NCBI GenBank assembly: GCA_934254675.1
Contig: CAKQLP010000002.1
Span: forward strand, 96,596 to 160,595
Source of the DNA: an uncultured Alphaproteobacteria bacterium
GTDB taxonomy: Bacteria > Pseudomonadota > Alphaproteobacteria > RF32 > CAG-239
Direction: 5' to 3'
Length of the DNA: 64,000 nucleotides
A program made the position numbers and the translations under genes. Below the pieces are notes generated by a model. It saw nothing but the letters and a program-made list of their open reading frames with translations. It searched no databases and had not been told where the DNA came from. Numbering within the stretch: position 1 is the stretch's first letter; the number at the start of each line of letters is the position of its first letter. Shown one piece after another: positions 1 through 11,909 of the stretch.

Positions 1-61
1 TAAAACAAAAGATGAAATTTCTATCGAGGAAAAAGATAAGACGGAAGCTAAAAAATAAGCA

Positions 62-90
62 TTGACGATTGTTTGTTTTGAAACTATAAT
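62..90 (+). promoter_or_regulatory. sigma70-like promoter for ORF 128-676
   Basis: TTGACG (62-67), 17-nt spacer, TATAAT (85-90), read directly from the sequence. Confidence 0.6.
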
Positions 91-127
91 CAAAATGTTA
101 ATTGTATTATCATTAAATTATTAGCTT

Positions 128-676
128 ATGGACAAACAATCAAAATTTAAGTTGTTGCAACGAATTGCTTTGACGCGAGAAGAAGCCGATGAGTATTTTG
201 AAAATTATGCCGAAGAAAAAAAGAAAAAATGTGAAATTTTTTTGCCTTTTTCCATTGTGTATGAGACAGAAAAAAAATACCTTAATGTGTTGCCTTATTT
301 GGATTTGTCTCAAAAGGATAAAATTTGGGGTATTTCATTTCACGGCATGTTGATTCATCGAAAAAATAAAAATGCTCATACGATTCAGACTCTGAAAAGC
401 AAATTGCAGCAAGAAAATAAAATGTGCGACAGATATTCTCGTTTTCGTCATTTTCCAACAATGAGAGATTGGGAAGAATTGTTTGCAAGTTTTGACGCAT
501 TTAATGAAGTTATGCAAAATTTGCGCAGTTGCGGAGTTGATGCGGATAATCTTTTGATGGATAAAGATTATTTAACAAAAAAAGATTTGTTTATAAAATT
601 TGTTAACAATACTGTTTCTGTAAGTTTTGCCCAAGATAAAGCGGAAGTTTTTTCCAGATTTATCGTATATTTATGA
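128..676 (+). CDS. hypothetical protein (182 aa)
   Basis: Long ORF behind a consensus promoter. I recognise no family motif. Confidence 0.6.
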   Translation: MDKQSKFKLLQRIALTREEADEYFENYAEEKKKKCEIFLPFSIVYETEKKYLNVLPYLDLSQKDKIWGISFHGMLIHRKNKNAHTIQTLKSKLQQENKMCDRYSRFRHFPTMRDWEELFASFDAFNEVMQNLRSCGVDADNLLMDKDYLTKKDLFIKFVNNTVSVSFAQDKAEVFSRFIVYL

Positions 677-684
677 GTTTTTTG

Positions 685-711
685 GAGCCACTGATGTCTG
701 TTCAGTGGCTC
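685..711. terminator. 10-bp perfect hairpin between convergent ORF 128-676 and uvrB
   Basis: GAGCCACTGA / TCAGTGGCTC with a 7-nt loop. The flanking T-tract is weak, so terminator function is uncertain. Confidence 0.4.
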
Positions 712-791
712 TTATGATATGCAAATGAAACTAAATTAAAGATTATTCTTTCGAAAATTAAAAAATCTGTTGATGGTTAATTTTTCAGTTA

Positions 792-2792
792 TTAAAAATT
801 TTTGAGAGCAAGCTGCTCAAGTTCTTTCAGCTTGTCGCGATAGACCATTGCTTGTTCAAACTCAAGGTTTTGCGCCGCTTCTTTCATCAATTTAGTATAT
901 TCTTTAGTCATTTTTTCAATGTTTTTAATTTTATCAATATCTTGAAATTCATCTTTTATAAAATCTGTTTCCGTCATCTCTTTCAAGGTGGAAGAAATGC
1001 TTTTTTTGATGGTTTGCGGCGTTATGCCGTTGGCGATATTGTATTCGGTTTGTTTTTTGCGCCGACGCTCGGTTTCTTCCAAAGCCATTTTCAAAGAGTC
1101 TGTCATTTTATCGGCATACAAAATAACGCGTCCTTCCGCATTGCGCGCCGCGCGACCTATGGTTTGGATAAGCGAACGGGTTGAACGTAAAAAACCTTCT
1201 TTGTCGGCGTCTAAAACAGCAACCAGCGAACATTCCGGAATATCCAAGCCTTCACGCAAAAGGTTAATGCCGACTAAAACATCAAACACGCCGAGGCGTA
1301 AATCTCGGATAATTTCAATGCGCTCTAAGGTGTCGATATCCGAATGCAGATAGCGAACTTTGACGCCGTTGTCTTTAAGATATTCGGTTAAGTCTTCGGC
1401 CATTTTCTTGGTAAGAGTCGTTACTAACACTCTTTCGCCTTTGGCCGCGGTTTTGCGACATTCTTCCATCAAATCGTCAACCTGATTTTCTACCGGACGC
1501 ACAAGGCACAGAGGGTCGGTCAGACCGGTCGGGCGAATTACCTGTTCGGAAAATACGCCTTTACTTTGTCCCATTTCCCATTCTCCGGGGGTGGCGGAAA
1601 CGAAAATGGTTTGCGGCCGCATTTTATCCCATTCTTCAAACTTTAGCGGACGATTGTCCAAGCAGGACGGCAACCGGAAACCATAGTCGGACAATGTTGT
1701 TTTACGATTGCGGTCTCCGCGGTACATTGCGCCGATTTGCGGCACGGCAATGTGGCTTTCATCAATAAAGAGCAGGGCGTTTTTGGGAAAATATTCAAAC
1801 AAAGTCGGCGGCGGTTCTCCCGGAGCGCGTCCGGTTAAATAACGCGAATAGTTTTCAATACCTTTGCAGTGGCCGGTGGTGTCCAACATTTCCAAATCAA
1901 AACGCGTGCGTTGTTCAAGTCGTTGCGCTTCAAGCAATTTGTTTTCTTGTTTGAATTGTTGCAAACGGATTTCCAAATCTTCTTTAATGTGCGTCATTGC
2001 TTGAGACAGAGCCGGACGAGGTGTTACATAGTGGTTGGCGGGATAAACGGTAATTTCATCAAGTTGACGCGTTTTTTTGCCGGTTAAAACGTCAAATTCG
2101 TAGATTTCTTCTATTTCATCGCCAAAAAAAGAAACTCGCCAAGCGCGGTCTTCGTAGTGCGCCGGAAAAATGTCCAAAGTGTCACCTTGAACGCGAAAAG
2201 TGCTGCGGACAAAGTTAACGCTGCAACGTTCATAAAGAAGTTCGGTCAGGTGTTTGTTTACTTCGTGGATGTCAACCACATCTCCGACTTTCAGTTGAAA
2301 AACCATAGAAGAATAAGATTCCATGCTGCCTAAACCGTAAATGCACGAAACAGAGGCCACAATGATTACATCGCGCTCTTCTAAAACGTTACGAGTGGCA
2401 CCGTGTCGCATTCGGTCTATTTGCTCATTGATGGCCGAATCTTTTTCAATATAAGTGTCGGTTTTGGGAATATAGGCTTCCGGTTGATAATAATCGTAAT
2501 AAGAAACAAAATATTCCACGCGGTTATGCGGAAAAAATTCTTTCATCTCCGTATAAAGCTGCGCCGCCAAAATTTTATTCGGTTCCATAATCAGAGCAGG
2601 TCGTTGGCATTGTTCGATTATTTTAGCCATTGTAAAAGTTTTGCCGGAGCCGGTTACGCCCAGCAACACTTGGTTGCGTTCACCGCGCTCAACGCCTTCG
2701 CATAGTTCTTTAATGGCCTGCGGCTGGTCGCCGGAAGGTTCAAACGGACTTTCAATTTTAAATTCGGGGTCTTTCATGTTTTTAATATTCAT
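792..2792 (-). CDS. uvrB: excinuclease ABC subunit B
   Basis: 666 aa. Walker [11 protein letters not shown], helicase motifs, C-terminal UVR coiled coil ([16 protein letters not shown]). Start could be the ATG at 2777. Confidence 0.97.
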   Translation of the reverse strand: MNIKNMKDPEFKIESPFEPSGDQPQAIKELCEGVERGERNQVLLGVTGSGKTFTMAKIIEQCQRPALIMEPNKILAAQLYTEMKEFFPHNRVEYFVSYYDYYQPEAYIPKTDTYIEKDSAINEQIDRMRHGATRNVLEERDVIIVASVSCIYGLGSMESYSSMVFQLKVGDVVDIHEVNKHLTELLYERCSVNFVRSTFRVQGDTLDIFPAHYEDRAWRVSFFGDEIEEIYEFDVLTGKKTRQLDEITVYPANHYVTPRPALSQAMTHIKEDLEIRLQQFKQENKLLEAQRLEQRTRFDLEMLDTTGHCKGIENYSRYLTGRAPGEPPPTLFEYFPKNALLFIDESHIAVPQIGAMYRGDRNRKTTLSDYGFRLPSCLDNRPLKFEEWDKMRPQTIFVSATPGEWEMGQSKGVFSEQVIRPTGLTDPLCLVRPVENQVDDLMEECRKTAAKGERVLVTTLTKKMAEDLTEYLKDNGVKVRYLHSDIDTLERIEIIRDLRLGVFDVLVGINLLREGLDIPECSLVAVLDADKEGFLRSTRSLIQTIGRAARNAEGRVILYADKMTDSLKMALEETERRRKKQTEYNIANGITPQTIKKSISSTLKEMTETDFIKDEFQDIDKIKNIEKMTKEYTKLMKEAAQNLEFEQAMVYRDKLKELEQLALKNF

Positions 2793-3138
2793 AGTTATAA
2801 AGAGAACGTAAATAATTTGCTATTTTCTCACGATTATTTAAGGTTTCTTTTGATAACTTTTGAGGGATAGGCAAATTATTTTGCTTGGCGGCAACAATTT
2901 GGGCTTTGTTCAAAGAAATTGCAAAATTGCGTAGTTCTGCGTCAGAGTAATGGTCAAGCATGTATTGCAAATCTTTTTCTGAAGTGTGAAGTATAGCTGA
3001 AATGTCTGTCGGAGAAGCGACATTTGCGTTTCCGACAGATATTTTAGGAGAGACATCCGGTACGCCTCGAGTTATTTCACCCGCAAAAGATGATTGTATT
3101 GTTAAAATAAAAGCGAAAACATATAAAGCGAATTTCAT
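2782..3138 (-). CDS. hypothetical secreted protein
   Basis: N-terminal signal peptide [19 protein letters not shown]. Tightly packed with flanking minus-strand genes. Confidence 0.55.
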   Translation of the reverse strand: MKFALYVFAFILTIQSSFAGEITRGVPDVSPKISVGNANVASPTDISAILHTSEKDLQYMLDHYSDAELRNFAISLNKAQIVAAKQNNLPIPQKLSKETLNNREKIANYLRSLYNYEY

Positions 3139-3157
3139 GGTAATTTCCTCCAGTTAT

Positions 3158-3712
3158 TTATTGTAAGCTTTTTAATGTGTCGTCAATAGATTTTTCAAAA
3201 TCGAAATTTGTCAGGTCATTAAATTGTCTTTTTAATTTATTTATGGAACGTTTTGAATCTCTCATCCATTTATCATATTCTTTTTCATAATCTTTTAATA
3301 AGTCATTGCTGCCATTGGTAAAAGAAGCGGATGTTTTTTCTTGTTTTACTTCTTTGGGCGGTGTTTTTTTGGTGAAAGAGCTGCTTATGCTGTCAAGCCA
3401 ACCATTGTCATTTCCTGAGTTGGCTGTCTTGGATTGTTCCAAAAGTTTTCGCTGATATTCTATTTCAGCTTTACGGCGTTCTTCATTTGCTTTTCTTATT
3501 CTGGCATTGTTTTCATCAATTTCTTTGACGCGCTGTGCAATCCAATCCTGCTGAGATTGAGATGTTTTTGAAGAATTGGTTGTGTTGTAAGTTTGCGGCG
3601 CGGTTCGAACCGTATGATTAGAAGATTCCCATGGATTTATGGGTAATTCTTCTGACTGAGCGGAATATATTAAAGAAAATGAAAGTAAAAAGGTTAAATA
3701 TGCAGCTTTCAT
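3158..3712 (-). CDS. hypothetical secreted protein, charged or coiled-coil
   Basis: Signal peptide MKAAYLTFLLSFSLIYSAQS. Starts 4 nt after the cysE stop. Confidence 0.55.
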   Translation of the reverse strand: MKAAYLTFLLSFSLIYSAQSEELPINPWESSNHTVRTAPQTYNTTNSSKTSQSQQDWIAQRVKEIDENNARIRKANEERRKAEIEYQRKLLEQSKTANSGNDNGWLDSISSSFTKKTPPKEVKQEKTSASFTNGSNDLLKDYEKEYDKWMRDSKRSINKLKRQFNDLTNFDFEKSIDDTLKSLQ

Positions 3713-3716
3713 TGGT

Positions 3717-4370
3717 TTATCCTTTGTTTGGCTTTTGTGATGAAGGTCGTATCGTCTTCTTTTTTGTTTTGGTAAAGGACGAAGCGTCCGGTTCCAATCC
3801 GTAGGCGCAGAATGTCTTATCTTTTATTTCAGATTTTTTTACAATATATGCCGGTGTGTTGACAACCGTGCAGTTTTCGGGAATGTCCTTAATAACAATG
3901 GCATTGGAACCGATTTTAGTGTTCTTTCCGATAGTAATTGGTCCTAAAATCTGCGCACCGGAACCAATAGTGACATTATCGCAAATTGTTGGGTGTCTTT
4001 TTTCTAGTTTTTTCCCGTTAGCATCATAAAATTTTCGGCCGCCTAAAGTGACGTCATGGTATAAGGTGACATTATTGCCGACAACAGTAGTTTCGCCAAT
4101 AACAACCCCCATGCCGTGATCAATCATAAAACCGGAACCGATTTTTGCTCCGGGGTGAATTTCTATACCCGTAAGAAAGCGGGCTATTTGTGAAAGTATT
4201 CTGGCAGTCAATAAAAAATTTTTTTTCCAAAGGGCATGAGATAGACGATAAATCATGATGGCGTGAAGCCCCGAAGAGCAAATAACAGCTTCTAATTTGC
4301 TGCGTGTTGCCGGATCTCTATCCATAATAGCTTGAATGTCTTGTAAAATTATCTTGTAATTTGAATTCAT
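3717..4370 (-). CDS. cysE: serine O-acetyltransferase
   Basis: SATase N-terminal region (DRDPATRS) followed by hexapeptide-repeat left-handed beta-helix (IHPGAKIGSGFMIDHGMGVVIGETTVVGNNVTLYHDVTLGG). Confidence 0.9.
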   Translation of the reverse strand: MNSNYKIILQDIQAIMDRDPATRSKLEAVICSSGLHAIMIYRLSHALWKKNFLLTARILSQIARFLTGIEIHPGAKIGSGFMIDHGMGVVIGETTVVGNNVTLYHDVTLGGRKFYDANGKKLEKRHPTICDNVTIGSGAQILGPITIGKNTKIGSNAIVIKDIPENCTVVNTPAYIVKKSEIKDKTFCAYGLEPDASSFTKTKKKTIRPSSQKPNKG

Positions 4371-4453
4371 TGTGTGGTATATTCCTCTAAAAATAACAAT
4401 TTTTATTAATGTAACACATTATGTGTTAAATAAAAGTAATAAATGGAAAAAAA

Positions 4454-5218
4454 ATGGTAGAAGTTTTGTTTAACGGTCATGCCGGTCGATTAGAAGGCAG
4501 ATATTATAAGAGTGAACGTCCTAATGCTCCGATAGCATTGATATTGCATCCTCATCCTCAATACGGCGGAACAATGAACAATAAAGTTGTCTATACTTTG
4601 TTTAGTTGTTTTAAGGATTTAGGTTTTTCGGTCTTGAGATTTAATTTTCGTAGCGTTGGGCGTTCACAAGGACAATTTGAAGATGGCCCAGGAGAACTTT
4701 CTGATGCGACAATTGCTTTGGATTGGTTGCAAAATATGAATCCTGATGCGAAACAATGTTGGATAGCTGGCTATTCTTTTGGTGCCTGGATTGGCTTGCA
4801 ACTTTTAATGAGACGTCCGGATATCAATAATTTTATTGCAGTTTCTCCACCGGCGAATGAAAAAGATTTTTCATTTTTAGCGCCGTGTCCGGCATCCGGT
4901 TTGATTGTTCAGGGCGGAAAAGATGAAATTGATAATCCGTTTTTGGTGGAAACGATGGCGCGAAAATTAAACCAGCAGCGAAACGTTGAGATTGATTTTG
5001 CTATGATTGAAGACGGTGATCATATGTATAACAATCATTTAGGTGATTTGTATAAAGTTACCGGACAATATGTTATCAGTGCATTGCAACGCCGTTCTCC
5101 GCAGAAAAAACGTCGCGGACGTCGTAAGAAAACAGAACTGGATGACGATTTATTGTTGGATGGTCCTGAAGATGCGGGCTATGATATGGATGAGCTGGAT
5201 AACGACGGAGAAGAATAA
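4454..5218 (+). CDS. alpha/beta hydrolase (COG2945-like) with basic-then-acidic C-terminal tail
   Basis: HPHPQYGGTMNNKVV, LRFNFRSVGRSQG and nucleophile elbow GYSFGA motifs. Tail is QKKRRGRRKK followed by DDDLLLDGPEDAGYDMDELDNDGEE. Confidence 0.8.
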   Translation: MVEVLFNGHAGRLEGRYYKSERPNAPIALILHPHPQYGGTMNNKVVYTLFSCFKDLGFSVLRFNFRSVGRSQGQFEDGPGELSDATIALDWLQNMNPDAKQCWIAGYSFGAWIGLQLLMRRPDINNFIAVSPPANEKDFSFLAPCPASGLIVQGGKDEIDNPFLVETMARKLNQQRNVEIDFAMIEDGDHMYNNHLGDLYKVTGQYVISALQRRSPQKKRRGRRKKTELDDDLLLDGPEDAGYDMDELDNDGEE

Positions 5219-5243
5219 GGTGAAAAATTCTATTGAAAGCGCA

Positions 5244-6017
5244 ATGATGTCAGATAAATTAAAGGATAATAAGCCTGCCGACGGAGGCAATATTAAAAAA
5301 GCTTTTCTTGAAAATTTAAAAACCGTGTTTTTAGCTATTTTAATAGCCTTAGTTATTAGAAGTTTTTTCTTTGAGCCTTTTCGCATTCCATCCGGTTCGA
5401 TGTATCCGACTTTGCGTGTGGGAGATTATTTATTTGTCAGTAAATATACTTATGGTTTTTCTCGCTATTCTTTTCCGGCGGCATTGCCTTTGTTCTCCGG
5501 ACGCATTTTGTATAGCGAGCCGCAAAGAGGAGATGTGGTCGTTTTTCGTCCCGTTAATAAACCGAACACTGATTTTATAAAACGTATTATCGGGCTTCCG
5601 GGAGATAAAATTCAGGTAAAGGACGGCCGTCTGTATATAAATGATGAACTTGTCCGCCGAGAGGAAATGGATCGTTATGTTATTGATGAGTACGTTGAGC
5701 TTCCGGAATTTTATCATCAGTATGATGAAGTTTTACCGAATGGAAAAATTCATCGTATTATTGAAATTTCCGACAGCGAAAGAATTGTTGATAATACAGA
5801 TGTGTTTGTTGTTCCGGAAGATTCCTTTTTTATGATGGGTGACAATCGTGATCGTTCTGATGACAGCCGTATCAGCGTGGGTTTTGTGCCAAAAGAAAAT
5901 TTGGTTGGAAAAGCTCGCTTTATCTTTTTTTCACATAATGATAAAGGAGAGTTTTATGAACCTTGGACATGGTTCAAAGCTATCCGTTGGAGTCGCTTTT
6001 TTAAGAGGATTTATTAA
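5244..6017 (+). CDS. lepB: signal peptidase I
   Basis: Catalytic Ser box IPSGSMYPTL, Lys box (KRIIGLPGD), GDNRDRSDDSR box. The track ORF starts at 5043 inside the previous gene. A start at ATG 5244 or GTG 5220 is more plausible. Confidence 0.92.
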   Translation: MMSDKLKDNKPADGGNIKKAFLENLKTVFLAILIALVIRSFFFEPFRIPSGSMYPTLRVGDYLFVSKYTYGFSRYSFPAALPLFSGRILYSEPQRGDVVVFRPVNKPNTDFIKRIIGLPGDKIQVKDGRLYINDELVRREEMDRYVIDEYVELPEFYHQYDEVLPNGKIHRIIEISDSERIVDNTDVFVVPEDSFFMMGDNRDRSDDSRISVGFVPKENLVGKARFIFFSHNDKGEFYEPWTWFKAIRWSRFFKRIY

Positions 6018-6673
6018 TGACACAGCTAGAAGATATTTTACAATACCATTTTAATAATCCAAGGTTGTTAACACAGGCTTTGACCCATAGCAGCGTTACC
6101 AGAAATGAACGCAAAAACTATGAACGTTTGGAATTTTTAGGCGATCGGGTGCTGGGTATGACTATGGCTCATTTGCTTTTTAAAATGTTTCCAAAAGACA
6201 GAGAAGGGCAGCTGTCTCAGCGTCATGTCAAGCTTGTTTGCGCCGATGCGGTTGCTGAAGTTGCTAAGAAACTAAAATTAGAAGATTATATTATAACAAA
6301 AGATAAAGATTCTGTTAAAAGCGTTAATGTGTTGTGTGATGTCGGTGAAGCGGTGATTGGAGCTATTTATATTGATTCTGATATAGAAAACGCTATTGCT
6401 TTTGTGGAGCGCAATTGGAAGGATTTGATAGATCAATCAGACAGCGGCGCCCAGAAAGATTTTAAAACAAGTTTGCAAGAAAAATTTCATGCTTTGCATT
6501 TAAGCCTACCGGTTTATGAGGTTGTTGCCAAAGAAGGGACAGAGCATGAACCTATTTTTAAAGTCCGAATTGCTTTAAACTCAGAAGTTTACGCGTATGG
6601 ACAGGGAAAAAATAAAAAGGCGGCGGAACAACAAGCTGCTCGCAATCTTTTGGAACTGATGGATGATAAATAA
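6017..6673 (+). CDS. rnc: ribonuclease III
   Basis: RNase III signature ERLEFLGDRVLG plus C-terminal dsRBD (GKNKKAAEQQAA). Conserved lepB-rnc-era order. Confidence 0.96.
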   Translation: MTQLEDILQYHFNNPRLLTQALTHSSVTRNERKNYERLEFLGDRVLGMTMAHLLFKMFPKDREGQLSQRHVKLVCADAVAEVAKKLKLEDYIITKDKDSVKSVNVLCDVGEAVIGAIYIDSDIENAIAFVERNWKDLIDQSDSGAQKDFKTSLQEKFHALHLSLPVYEVVAKEGTEHEPIFKVRIALNSEVYAYGQGKNKKAAEQQAARNLLELMDDK

Positions 6674-7571
6674 CATGAAAAAAACTCGCTGCGGGTTTGT
6701 GGCGCTTATTGGCGCTCCTAATGCCGGAAAATCTACAATTACCAACAATTTTGTTGGTTCCAAAGTTTCTATTGTTTCGCCTAAAGCACAGACAACCCGT
6801 ACTACGATAAAGGGTATTGGAATTTATGACAATACTCAGATTATTTTTTTGGATACTCCGGGAATTTTTGTTCCGAAACGCCGTTTGGACAGGGCAATGG
6901 TGGCATCGGCTTGGAATGGTTTTACGGATGCGGATATCAATGTTTTGGTGGTTGACGCCAAGCGCGGAATGAATGAAGAAACATCGGCGATTATTGATGA
7001 GTTAATAAAAAGAGATGCGCATGCTGTTTTGGCTTTTAACAAAATAGATTTGGTTTCAGAAGAAAAGCTAGAGGCTTTGAAAGAAGAGTTTGAAAATTTG
7101 TTCCAATTTGATGCCGTGTTTATGTTTTCGGCGCAATCCGGCGACCACATTACAGAGTTCTATGAATATTTGGCGGAAAACTTGCCGGAAAGTCCTTGGT
7201 ATTATCCCGAAGAACAAATGTCTGATATGCCGCTGAAATTGCTGGCTGCCGAAATTGTTCGAGAAAAACTTTTTTTGAATTTAAGACAGGAACTTCCATA
7301 CGCTTTGACCGTGGAACCGGAATTGTGGGAACATAAAGATGATGGTTCAATTCGGGCAGAAATGACAATTTATGTGGAAAGAGACGGTCATAAAAATATT
7401 GTTATTGGTCATAATGGCGCTATGATTAAAAAAATAGGGCAGGCGGCTAGGCTGGAATTGGAGGAACTTTTAGAAGAACGGATTCATTTGTTTCTGTTTG
7501 TAAAAGTGAGAGAAAATTGGGGAAATGATCCCGCGCGTTACAGCGATTGGGGACTAAATTTCAAATCTTAA
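6663..7571 (+). CDS. era: GTPase Era
   Basis: G1 GAPNAGKST, G3 DTPG, G4 NKID, C-terminal KH domain. Alternative start ATG 6675. Confidence 0.96.
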   Translation: MINNMKKTRCGFVALIGAPNAGKSTITNNFVGSKVSIVSPKAQTTRTTIKGIGIYDNTQIIFLDTPGIFVPKRRLDRAMVASAWNGFTDADINVLVVDAKRGMNEETSAIIDELIKRDAHAVLAFNKIDLVSEEKLEALKEEFENLFQFDAVFMFSAQSGDHITEFYEYLAENLPESPWYYPEEQMSDMPLKLLAAEIVREKLFLNLRQELPYALTVEPELWEHKDDGSIRAEMTIYVERDGHKNIVIGHNGAMIKKIGQAARLELEELLEERIHLFLFVKVRENWGNDPARYSDWGLNFKS

Positions 7572-7707
7572 ATTGCTATTGATAAATCCTTGAGTTTTCA
7601 AGGATTTTATTTTTATAACAATATTTTATCATTATATTTCAATAAATTATTAATGAGGTATTATGATACCATATTAATAATATGTTGAAAAATGTATGTT
7701 TTTTTGG

Positions 7708-7735
7708 TTGACAATACATTTATATTGTGTATATT
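7708..7735 (+). promoter_or_regulatory. sigma70-like promoter of the rplM-rpsI operon
   Basis: TTGACA (7708-7713), 16-nt spacer containing TGTG, TATATT (7730-7735). Confidence 0.6.
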
Positions 7736-7777
7736 AACAGCGAATTTAATAACATTTTTAACAAGAAAGAGATAAAA

Positions 7778-8248
7778 ATGATTTCTACACATTCTACAAA
7801 ACCTGCCGACATCGAAAGAAAATGGTATGTTGTTGATGCCAGCGGTGTTATTTTGGGCAGACTTTCTGCTGAAATCGCAAAGATTCTCCGCGGTAAAAAC
7901 AAGCCTTATTTTGCACCAAACTTGGATTGCGGCGATTATGTTGTCGTTATTAATGCCGATAAAGTGAAATTAACCGGTAAAAAATTGACAGATAAACACT
8001 ATTATCAACACACTGGTTTTATTGGTAGCGTAAAAGATACGACTGCCGGTAAAATTTTGAATAGTCGTTTCCCTGAAAGAGTTATTCAAAAAGCTGTTGA
8101 AAGAATGATTTCCCGTAATCCGCTGGGACGTCAAATGATGACAAAATTGAAAGTGTATGCTGGTGAAAATCACCCGCACACAGCGCAAAATCCAATTGTT
8201 TTGGATATTGCTTCTCAAAACCCTAAAAATAAAAGGAGTGCTTTGTAA
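7778..8248 (+). CDS. rplM: 50S ribosomal protein L13
   Basis: [21 protein letters not shown]... matches the canonical L13 N-terminus. The track ORF start at 7727 lies within the promoter, so ATG 7778 is used. Confidence 0.95.
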   Translation: MISTHSTKPADIERKWYVVDASGVILGRLSAEIAKILRGKNKPYFAPNLDCGDYVVVINADKVKLTGKKLTDKHYYQHTGFIGSVKDTTAGKILNSRFPERVIQKAVERMISRNPLGRQMMTKLKVYAGENHPHTAQNPIVLDIASQNPKNKRSAL

Positions 8249-8733
8249 TGGCTACTAAAAAAATTGAATCTTTGCAAGATATTAAATCTGCAACAGTTGC
8301 AGCTAATGCTGAAGCCAAAGCTCCTCGCAAATCTGTAAAAGATAAAAAAGGTCGCTCTTATGCTACTGGTAAAAGAAAAGACGCTGTGGCAAGAGTTTGG
8401 GTTATGCCGGGTAAAGGAAATATTTCAATTAACGGCAAATCTATGGATGAATATTTTGCTCGTCCGGTTTTAAAAATGGTTATCAATCAACCATTTGCTG
8501 TTGCTAATCGTGAAAATGAATTTGACGTTGTTTGCACAGTTAAAGGTGGTGGTTTATCTGGTCAAGCTGGTGCTATCAAACATGGTATCGCAAAAGCTTT
8601 GAACGAATACGAGCCAGAATTGAGAACTGTTTTGAAACAAGCTGGTTTCTTGACACGTGATGATCGTGTTGTTGAACGTAAGAAATATGGTAAAGCTAAA
8701 GCTCGCCGTTCTTATCAATTCAGCAAACGCTGA
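8248..8733 (+). CDS. rpsI: 30S ribosomal protein S9
   Basis: C-terminal [14 protein letters not shown] and [16 protein letters not shown] motifs. ATG overlaps the rplM stop. Confidence 0.96.
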   Translation: MATKKIESLQDIKSATVAANAEAKAPRKSVKDKKGRSYATGKRKDAVARVWVMPGKGNISINGKSMDEYFARPVLKMVINQPFAVANRENEFDVVCTVKGGGLSGQAGAIKHGIAKALNEYEPELRTVLKQAGFLTRDDRVVERKKYGKAKARRSYQFSKR

Positions 8734-8756
8734 TTTTATCAGAAATATCAAAATTC

Positions 8757-8792
8757 AAAGGATTGTGGATGTCTTTCACAGTCCTTTTTTGT
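8757..8792 (+). terminator. intrinsic terminator after rpsI
   Basis: Imperfect hairpin AAGGATTGTG / CACAGTCCTT followed by TTTTTT. Confidence 0.65.
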
Positions 8793-9070
8793 AATGAGAT
8801 TTTACAGCTATTCGTCCTTATGCGCAATAGGCGGATTTAAGCAAGGATTTTGTTTTTTTATATCTGATATGATTTAGAAATTGTCTCAAAATTCTGCAAT
8901 GATAAATTTGTTAACTTTTTTAAGAAAGAATCGATTTTAAGGCCGTTTTTTTGCCCGTAGAAGCATATTGACTATTTTATTTTGGGTATAAAAACGAGAA
9001 AAAACTTTTTATTAGGGCGAATTTTTGCTATGTTTGGACAGTTTAACAAGTTTAACAAAAGAGGTATAAA

Positions 9071-11887
9071 GTGACTGAAGAAATTGAAAATACAGATGTC
9101 ATTAAGTCTGACAACATTACCCCGACAATGATTTCGGAGGAAATGCGCCGTTCATATTTGGATTATGCGATGAGCGTGATTGTGTCGCGTGCGTTGCCTG
9201 ACGCCCGTGATGGTATGAAACCTGTGCACCGCCGCATTATTTACGGAATGTATGAAAATGGTTATGATTGCACAAAGCCATATCGTAAATCGGCGCGTAT
9301 CGTTGGTGATGTTATGGGTAAATATCACCCGCATGGTGATAGTTCTATTTATGAGGCCATGGTGCGTATGGCGCAGCCGTTTTCAATGCGTTTGACTTTG
9401 GTCGATGGTCAGGGAAACTTTGGCTCTATGGATGGTGATGGCGCGGCCGCGATGCGTTATACCGAGGCCAGACTCGCCAAAGTGTCTTCTTGTTTAACCG
9501 ATAACTTAGATGAAGACACAGTTGACTTTATGCCGAACTATGATGAATCATTGCAAGAACCGACGGTTTTGCCGGCGCGTTTTCCTAACTTGCTGGTTAA
9601 TGGCGGCAATGGTATTGCCGTGGGTATGGCCACTAATATTCCGCCGCACAATTTGGGTGAGGTTATTGATGCTTGCTGTGCCTATATTGACAATCCGGAA
9701 ATCAGCATTGAAGAATTAGTCAGCATTGTTCCGGGACCGGATTTTCCGACCGGTGGTTTGATTTTGGGTTATGGCGGAGCCAAACAGGCTTATTTGACCG
9801 GCCGCGGTTCGGTTATGATGCGCGCTAAATGCACAATTGAAGAAATTCGCAAAGACAAAGAGGCCATTATTGTGCACGAAGTGCCGTATCAAGTTAATAA
9901 GGCCGCATTGGTTTCGCACATTGCCGAATTGGTTAAAGATAAAAAAGTTGAGGGTATTTCCGATATTCGTGATGAATCTGATCGTCAGGGTGTGCGTATT
10001 GTAATTGAAATCAAGCGTGATTTTCAGGCCGATGTGGTTTTGAACCAGTTGTATAAGTTTACGGCTTTGCAGACCAGTTTCGGTATGAATATGCTGGCTA
10101 TTAACGCCGGTCGTCCGATGATGATGAATTTGAAAGACATTATTTCAACCTTTATTGAATTTCGTGAAGAGGTAATCCGTCGCCGCACGATTTATCGCTT
10201 AAACAAGGCTCGTAATCGGGCGCACGTTTTGGTTGGTTTGGCTATTGCTGTGGAAAATTTGGACGAAGTTATCGAGCTGATTAAAACCGCGCCGACTCCG
10301 CAAGACGCTAAAGAATCTTTGGTTGCAAAAGCTTGGCCGGCCGCGACCATTGAAGATTGGGTTAAACTCATTGATGAGCCGGATAGAAAGGTTGAAAATG
10401 GTTTTTACCGCTTGTCTGATGACCAAGCCAAAGCCATTTTGGATTTGAAATTGCAACGCTTGACTGGTTTGGAACGTGACAAAATTCACGATGAATTGGT
10501 TTCTTTGGGTGAAGATATTAAAGAGTTTCTTTCTATTTTAGCCAGTCGTGAAAAACTTTATGGAATTATGCGCGATGAATTGGTGGCTGTTAAAGACGAA
10601 TACGCCACTCCGCGCTTGACCAAAATTGAAGACATTGAATACAACCAAGATATCGAGTCTTTGATTCAGCGTGAAGAAATGGTTGTTACCGTGACCGAGG
10701 CCGGTTATATCAAACGCGTGCCGTTAAACGCTTATAAGGCGCAACGCCGCGGCGGTAAAGGCAAATCGGGTATGACTACGAAGGAAGAGGATTTTGTGAC
10801 TCGCTTGTTTGTGGCCAGCACCCACACGCCGGTGTTGTTCTTCTCAAACAAAGGTATTGTTTATAAAATGAAAGTTTATAAACTTCCGTTGGGTTCGCCA
10901 ACTTCTAAGGGCAAACCATTTATTAATTTGTTGCCGTTGGTGCAGGGCGAAACCATTACCGCAATTATGAAACTTCCGGAAAATGAAGCCGATTGCGAGA
11001 ATTTGTCAATTGCTTTTGCAACCGCTAAAGGAAATATCCGCCGTAACAGCCTGATGGATTTTGTAAATGTTCAATCCAATGGTAAAATTGCGATGAAACT
11101 GGACGAGGGCGACAAACTTATCAATGTGGCTTTGTGCGATGACAGCAATGACATTATGTTAGCGGCCAAGAGCGGTAAATGTATTCGTTTTGCTGTGGAA
11201 GATTTACGTGTGTTTGTCGGTCGTAATTCTACCGGCGTGCGCGGTGTCAAATTGCAAGGCGATGATGAAGTTATCTCGATGTCGATTTTGAAACATTGCA
11301 CCGCCAGTGTGGAGCAACGCGACGAATATTTGCGTGTTTCCAACGCTATGAAGCGTATGGAAGCCGAAAGTGGCGTTGATGCTTGCATTTCTCCGGATCA
11401 AACCGGTTTGTTGAATTTGCTGGATACGGCTAAATTTGAAGAAATGCGCAAAGCTGAAGAGTTTATTTTGACTGTTACCGTAACCGGTTATGGTAAGCGC
11501 ACATCTTCGTATGAATATCGTGTGACCGGTCGTGGCGGTCAAGGTATTGCCAATATGGAAATGTCCCCGCGCAACAAAGAAGTTGTAAGTTCTTTCCCGA
11601 TTGAAGATGGTAAAGAAATTATGATGGTTACCGACGGCGGCAAGCTTATTCGTATGCCGGTTGATGATATCCGTGTGGCCGGACGTAAGACACAAGGCGT
11701 TATCTTGTTCCGCACGGGCGAAGATGAAAAGGTTGTTTCTGTAACATGGCTGGATGCAGATGCCGACGCCGATGAAGAAATTGACGAGGAAAACGGAAGC
11801 GAAGTTTTAGGAGATGCCGTGCCGGATGTTGATGAAACAGCGGAAACAGCGGTGAATGAGCCTGAAACACAAGAAGACGATGAATAA
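9071..11887 (+). CDS. gyrA: DNA gyrase subunit A
   Basis: 938 aa. GTG start behind AAGAGG. Motifs [21 protein letters not shown], active-site region [14 protein letters not shown]-like [11 protein letters not shown], beta-pinwheel CTD, acidic tail. Confidence 0.98.
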   Translation: MTEEIENTDVIKSDNITPTMISEEMRRSYLDYAMSVIVSRALPDARDGMKPVHRRIIYGMYENGYDCTKPYRKSARIVGDVMGKYHPHGDSSIYEAMVRMAQPFSMRLTLVDGQGNFGSMDGDGAAAMRYTEARLAKVSSCLTDNLDEDTVDFMPNYDESLQEPTVLPARFPNLLVNGGNGIAVGMATNIPPHNLGEVIDACCAYIDNPEISIEELVSIVPGPDFPTGGLILGYGGAKQAYLTGRGSVMMRAKCTIEEIRKDKEAIIVHEVPYQVNKAALVSHIAELVKDKKVEGISDIRDESDRQGVRIVIEIKRDFQADVVLNQLYKFTALQTSFGMNMLAINAGRPMMMNLKDIISTFIEFREEVIRRRTIYRLNKARNRAHVLVGLAIAVENLDEVIELIKTAPTPQDAKESLVAKAWPAATIEDWVKLIDEPDRKVENGFYRLSDDQAKAILDLKLQRLTGLERDKIHDELVSLGEDIKEFLSILASREKLYGIMRDELVAVKDEYATPRLTKIEDIEYNQDIESLIQREEMVVTVTEAGYIKRVPLNAYKAQRRGGKGKSGMTTKEEDFVTRLFVASTHTPVLFFSNKGIVYKMKVYKLPLGSPTSKGKPFINLLPLVQGETITAIMKLPENEADCENLSIAFATAKGNIRRNSLMDFVNVQSNGKIAMKLDEGDKLINVALCDDSNDIMLAAKSGKCIRFAVEDLRVFVGRNSTGVRGVKLQGDDEVISMSILKHCTASVEQRDEYLRVSNAMKRMEAESGVDACISPDQTGLLNLLDTAKFEEMRKAEEFILTVTVTGYGKRTSSYEYRVTGRGGQGIANMEMSPRNKEVVSSFPIEDGKEIMMVTDGGKLIRMPVDDIRVAGRKTQGVILFRTGEDEKVVSVTWLDADADADEEIDEENGSEVLGDAVPDVDETAETAVNEPETQEDDE

Positions 11888-11909
11888 TTTGTGTTTTCTT
11901 TGAGATGTA

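Noticed and set aside
1-58. Possible 3' end of an upstream plus-strand gene (...KTKDEISIEEKDKTEAKK-stop at 56-58)
   Set aside because: Only 18 codons are visible, which is too little to support a call.
5043-5243. Long 5' extension of the lepB ORF overlapping the hydrolase gene
   Set aside because: It overlaps a well-supported gene in another frame. Signal peptidase similarity and the TM anchor begin after ATG 5244 or GTG 5220.
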